The translations under genes and the position numbers were made by a program. The notes beneath the pieces were generated by a model. The model searched no databases, had not been told where the DNA came from, and worked only from the letters and a program-made list of their open reading frames with translations. A DNA stretch of 64,000 nucleotides from Phaeosaccion multiseriatum (taxonomy: Eukaryota > Protista > Ochrophyta, other classes), in contig OZ218952.1 of assembly GCA_965112735.1 (NCBI GenBank), positions 1,302,001 to 1,366,000 of the forward strand, in the 5' to 3' direction. Shown piece by piece: positions 60,095-64,000 of this stretch (positions are counted from its first letter, which is position 1; every line of letters starts with the position of its first letter).

Positions 60095-60357
60095 GAAGGC
60101 TATTTTTTTTTTTTGAGCCTTCTCGCCGCGTTTTGATGAAATCGATGAGCTCTCATTCATTTTTCGATCGCGATTTTCCTTGCCTTACTGTGTAACGTTT
60201 TGTTTCCTGGGTCGCTCCCTTTTGACAGCAAGAATGGTGGGCCCCGCAGCTTCTCCCTGCTGGATCAAGCATACCCTGCTGCGGAAAAAGGAGGAAAGGC
60301 AAGGGGAAAGCGTGGGAGAGGTCTTCGTAGCAGCCAAGGTTCGTAATTGCGGCGAAT

Positions 60358-61574
60358 ATGGAAGGAGGGGAGGAGCAGAAGCTAATCCTGCTTTTGCGCG
60401 GACACTCAGGTAACCGCCTTCGAGCACACCAAGCCGTATACCTTGGAGTTCAATGTGGATGCTGGTGCCGCACACACTTCACCAGCGGTCCGTCGTCTCG
60501 TTACAGTGCCAGAACTCAAGTGGCTCGTCCTGCGGTTCTGCAAATTGGATGCAGCTGGCAAGAAGGTGAATAACTGAAAGGGCGCGGGAAAGAGAGCACT
60601 GCTCCTCTCTGGTGCTTCTGTCCTTCCTTTCCTCCTCCTCCTCTTCTCCGTTCCACGCTCGCACTGGGCCAGAGGGACCAGCAGCCAGCCAGGGCTTGGG
60701 ACAGATCCTCCTCCTCCTCCTCCTACCTCCCCCATGGAGCTGCTTACCAAGTTCCAACTACAAGCTCACTGGCTCGAAGCTCACTTTCGCTTCCCCATCT
60801 GACAACTCTGAGTCCTACCCTGCTTTCCTCATTGGCTGTCTGGCTGCTTTGTGCGCAGCTCCGAGTCCCTGAAGGGGCCTCTGTTTCCACTGCGGATCAA
60901 ATTTCAACATCCATCTCGGAGTGGCTGAGGGACGGAAGTAAGACTCCGCAGCTCAGCCACTTGTGTGAATGGCTCTCTTGGCACTTGACTATTGTACAAG
61001 ACATTCCTCCTCAAGTAGGCGTGAGAGGTGGAGGGGGCAGAGGGGGTGGTGCAACAAGCAAGACGCATACTGCCCTCATACTAGATGGAGTAGATGAAGC
61101 TCCTCCCACTACCGCCGGCGCAACTGACAAGAGATCCTCGGGGATCCCCAAGATGGGCGAGGCGACCGAAGAGTCAAAGTGGGGCAGCAGGGAGGAGATG
61201 GGCCCAAAGAAGGAGGAGGCACGGCGGCAGCAGTCGCAGGTCCCGCTAGGGAAGGAAACTGTGGTGTTTCGTAGCGACTCGGCAAGCTGCTGGCGTGGGC
61301 ACGCCCGATCGCCTTGTCAGCTGCGGGTGACAGAAGTAGAGAAGCCCGACTTTGGATATCGAATCGCCTGTGCGTATGGTGATGATGGTGCCGAAGGGGG
61401 GAAGACGGAGACGGAGAAGGGGCCTTCTCGCCATGGGAGGAGAAGAAAGGCGCCCCTGAGGAAATTCGAGCTCTGGCTTTCGTTGAGCGAGTTGAAGGAG
61501 GCACTGGTGCGATGGGTGAGGTGAGTACGGCACGAGAGTGAGACTGCCGCATGCCCTGTGCGGAGAGGTGATAC

Positions 61575-61608
<34 letters not shown>

Positions 61609-64000
61609 GCGCGCGCGCACGGAGAGAGAGAGAGAAGCGGCAAACACAAAGGCAAAAACACATACGCGCACAGGGAGCTTGGAATGCTGTGTGCTAACCC
61701 ATTCGCAACATGACACACGCTCATCACGTCCTCCTTTCGCGTTCCACCCCGGTTTGTGTGCGGATACACGTGTGTCTATCCCATCGCCATCGCCCACTCG
61801 CCGTTGATCCAACTGCGGCAAACCCCACGCTCACAGGGGCGAGCTTCCGTCGAGTGTGCAGCACACAAGAGGCCGGGAGGGGAAGCAGGTGGACGAGGGT
61901 CTCCGCCGCTGGATAGTCTCCGGGGAAGTGCCCTCCAAAGCACACCTTGTGCAGTGGCTGCTGTGGCGGGTGAGTGAGTGAGTGAGGGAGTGACCCCTGG
62001 TGTCTCCTTGATCCCATATCCAACGAGGGAGTGAGTAAGTGAGGGAAGGAAGTAGAGTGAAGGGAGGGAGGGAGGGAGGGAGGGAGGGAGGGAGGGAGGG
62101 AGGGAGGGAGGGAGGGAGGGAGGGAGGGAGGGAGGGAGGGAGGGAGGGAGGGAGGGAGGGAGGGAGGGAGGGAGGGAGGGAGGGAGGGAGGGAGGGAGGG
62201 AGGGAGAGGGAAGACATAGGCAGGCAAGAGTCACTCACGCTCTTCTCCCATCTCTGTGCCTCTCGACTGTTCGGTGCTGTGCTTCTCGTGCTCGGTGGCT
62301 GCTGCTGCTCCCCGCTCGCCAGATTGAGCTGCAAGTACCCGGCGCTGAAGCCACCGCAGGGTTCGGGGGGGGTAGAGGAAGACCCTTTGAAATCGGCATG
62401 CCGAGGTTGCTGCTCAGGGGTATGCGACACGAGGAGAAAGGCACCGGTGCGGGGGGGGGCGACGGCTCGGAGAGCGGCGGAGCACTGTTTGGATCAGAGG
62501 AAGAGGATGAGGAGGAGGAGGAGGAGGAGGAGGAGGAGGGGGAGGAGGAGGAGGAGGAGCACGAGGAGCACGAGGAGCACGAGGAGCACGAGGAGGGGGG
62601 GTACGAGAAGATGGAGTTCGAGGAGGGGAACACGGATGATGAGCTTCCCCCCTCCTACGAGGAGGCAGTGGAGGAGGTGACGGATGAGCAACAGCAGCAC
62701 TATGACAGTAGGGAAGGAGCAGAGAGTTCGGACGACGACGCCGACGGCAGCGACCCTCCTCCCTCCTTCCACACCCACCCGAGCGCTGAGGACGGCGATG
62801 ACGATGAGGGGGGGTGGGCGACGGAGGAGGAGTCACCCCCTCCCACCTACCGCACCGGTTCGGGCAGTAGCAGCATCACGAGCAGTAGCAGCAGTAGAAG
62901 GATGAGGAGGAGGAGGAGGAGGAGGAGGGGCAGCAGCAGCAGCACCAACAGCAGTAGTGTGGTATACCCTCGGCAGGGGCGGCCGCCGATGGGGGAGGGG
63001 GGAGGAGAAGGGGAGGATAGCCGAAGGGGTGGTGCGGCCGGGAGGGAGGCATGGGAGAGGCAACAGCAGCAGTTGGGGATGGAGCAGCGGCGGCAGCGAT
63101 CGCAGGGAGGATGGCAGCACGAGAGACAGTGGTTAGGACGAGAAGACAGGCAGCGAGAGCAGCGAGAGCGGCGAGAGCGGAAGAGAAAGGGGCAGGACGC
63201 GAAAGAAGTACAGCAACATGACGCTGGAGGAAGAAGGAGGACTGATTACGAGAGCTGGGGCAGCGAGACGGGGGAGCAGGACGAGGAGGACGGCGACGGG
63301 AAGCAGTGGGGAGGAGAACCTGACATCGAGGCCGCTGTGCTGTCCGCGGGGAGAGCGGGGGCAGGAAGAGTCCGCCAGCGGCCGCGACAAGAAGGACAAC
63401 GACGAGGAGGGGAAGGTGCCAATGGTGGTGGTGACGACGGCGGCGACTCACTCGCAGTCAGTGGGACCAAGGTGGTGCCAACAAGGGGGTCGAAGGGGAA
63501 TCGCGTGTACGGCTGGGCTTCCTCCCGGGCGGGGGCTGTGGGCGCCGCCACTGCGAGAGCCATGAAGGAGAAAGCCGCGTGGGACGATGACAGGTGGCGT
63601 CTCACTACTGCCCTAAAGGCGTCCAAGAAGGAGGTGTTGGGATTGGCAGAGGCACGCAGGAGGGCCAAGGTGGTGATTCGGGCGCGTGAGTTGGCGACGC
63701 TGGATCGGATGAAGGCCACGCTGGCGCAGCAGAGCGGCAGTCGCAGCGGGCGTGCGTGGGCGAGTCAAGCCACGCAGGACGTGATGGATCTGAGTGTGCA
63801 GGCGGGTAAGTTGGAGAGAGAGATCCGGCAAGCTCGGTGTGCGACTGCCAAGGCTTCCATGCTGGCGGTCTGGACCAAGCAACCTTTTCGGGAGAGGCGG
63901 GGCCGCTGGCAGAAGGGCCCGTTGCTGGGGCCGGGCCCGCTACCGCTCGACGCCACGCACACCCCCAAGGACCCCGTGCTTGTGGCGGTGGAGCGGAGGT
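60358..64000 (+). CDS. Unknown multi-exon protein, partial (continues past the window end)
   Basis: Coding-like segments at about 60358-60565, 60858-61520, 61860-61970 and 62222-64000 are separated by GT-AG stretches holding (CA)n and (GGGA)n. There are acidic and R/D/E-rich tracts and a helical-looking end. No domain recognised. Confidence 0.45.
62061..62206. repeat. (GGGA)n microsatellite, probably intronic
   Basis: Directly visible. Confidence 0.95.

Noticed and set aside
1-64000. tRNA, rRNA or other structured ncRNA genes
   Set aside because: None recognised by eye. tRNAscan-SE and Infernal would be needed to exclude them.

Overview
Eukaryotic, intron-rich, GC-rich genomic DNA with many microsatellites, probably from an ochrophyte (stramenopile) alga. 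That guess rests on a bipartite-looking presequence on a DUF1823 gene and an RWP-RK gene. Most entries in the supplied ORF track are artefacts of introns and simple repeats. The main feature is a nine-member family of proteins with an internal ubiquitin-like (UBL) domain: six head-to-tail two-exon copies at 480-21220 (+), and three diverged inverted copies at about 46.7-55.9 kb (-), one intact, one frameshifted near its end and one a pseudogene. In the tandem copies a full 76-77 aa ubiquitin moiety sits mid-protein, keeps LRGG|M, has lost K29/K33/K48 (and K63 in five of six) and varies in a mosaic way. The module after it is nearly identical between copies, including inverted paralogues 30-40 kb away. 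The flanking regions look like further degenerate beta-grasp domains (inference). Two MITEs and two CRE-like non-LTR retrotransposon remnants lie within the family clusters. Other genes: the end of a PDZ-domain gene, a large type-I membrane protein (FN3/PAN-like), riboflavin kinase, a Q-rich protein, an RWP-RK factor, an ERH homologue with an RGG extension, a DUF1823 protein and a partial unknown gene.
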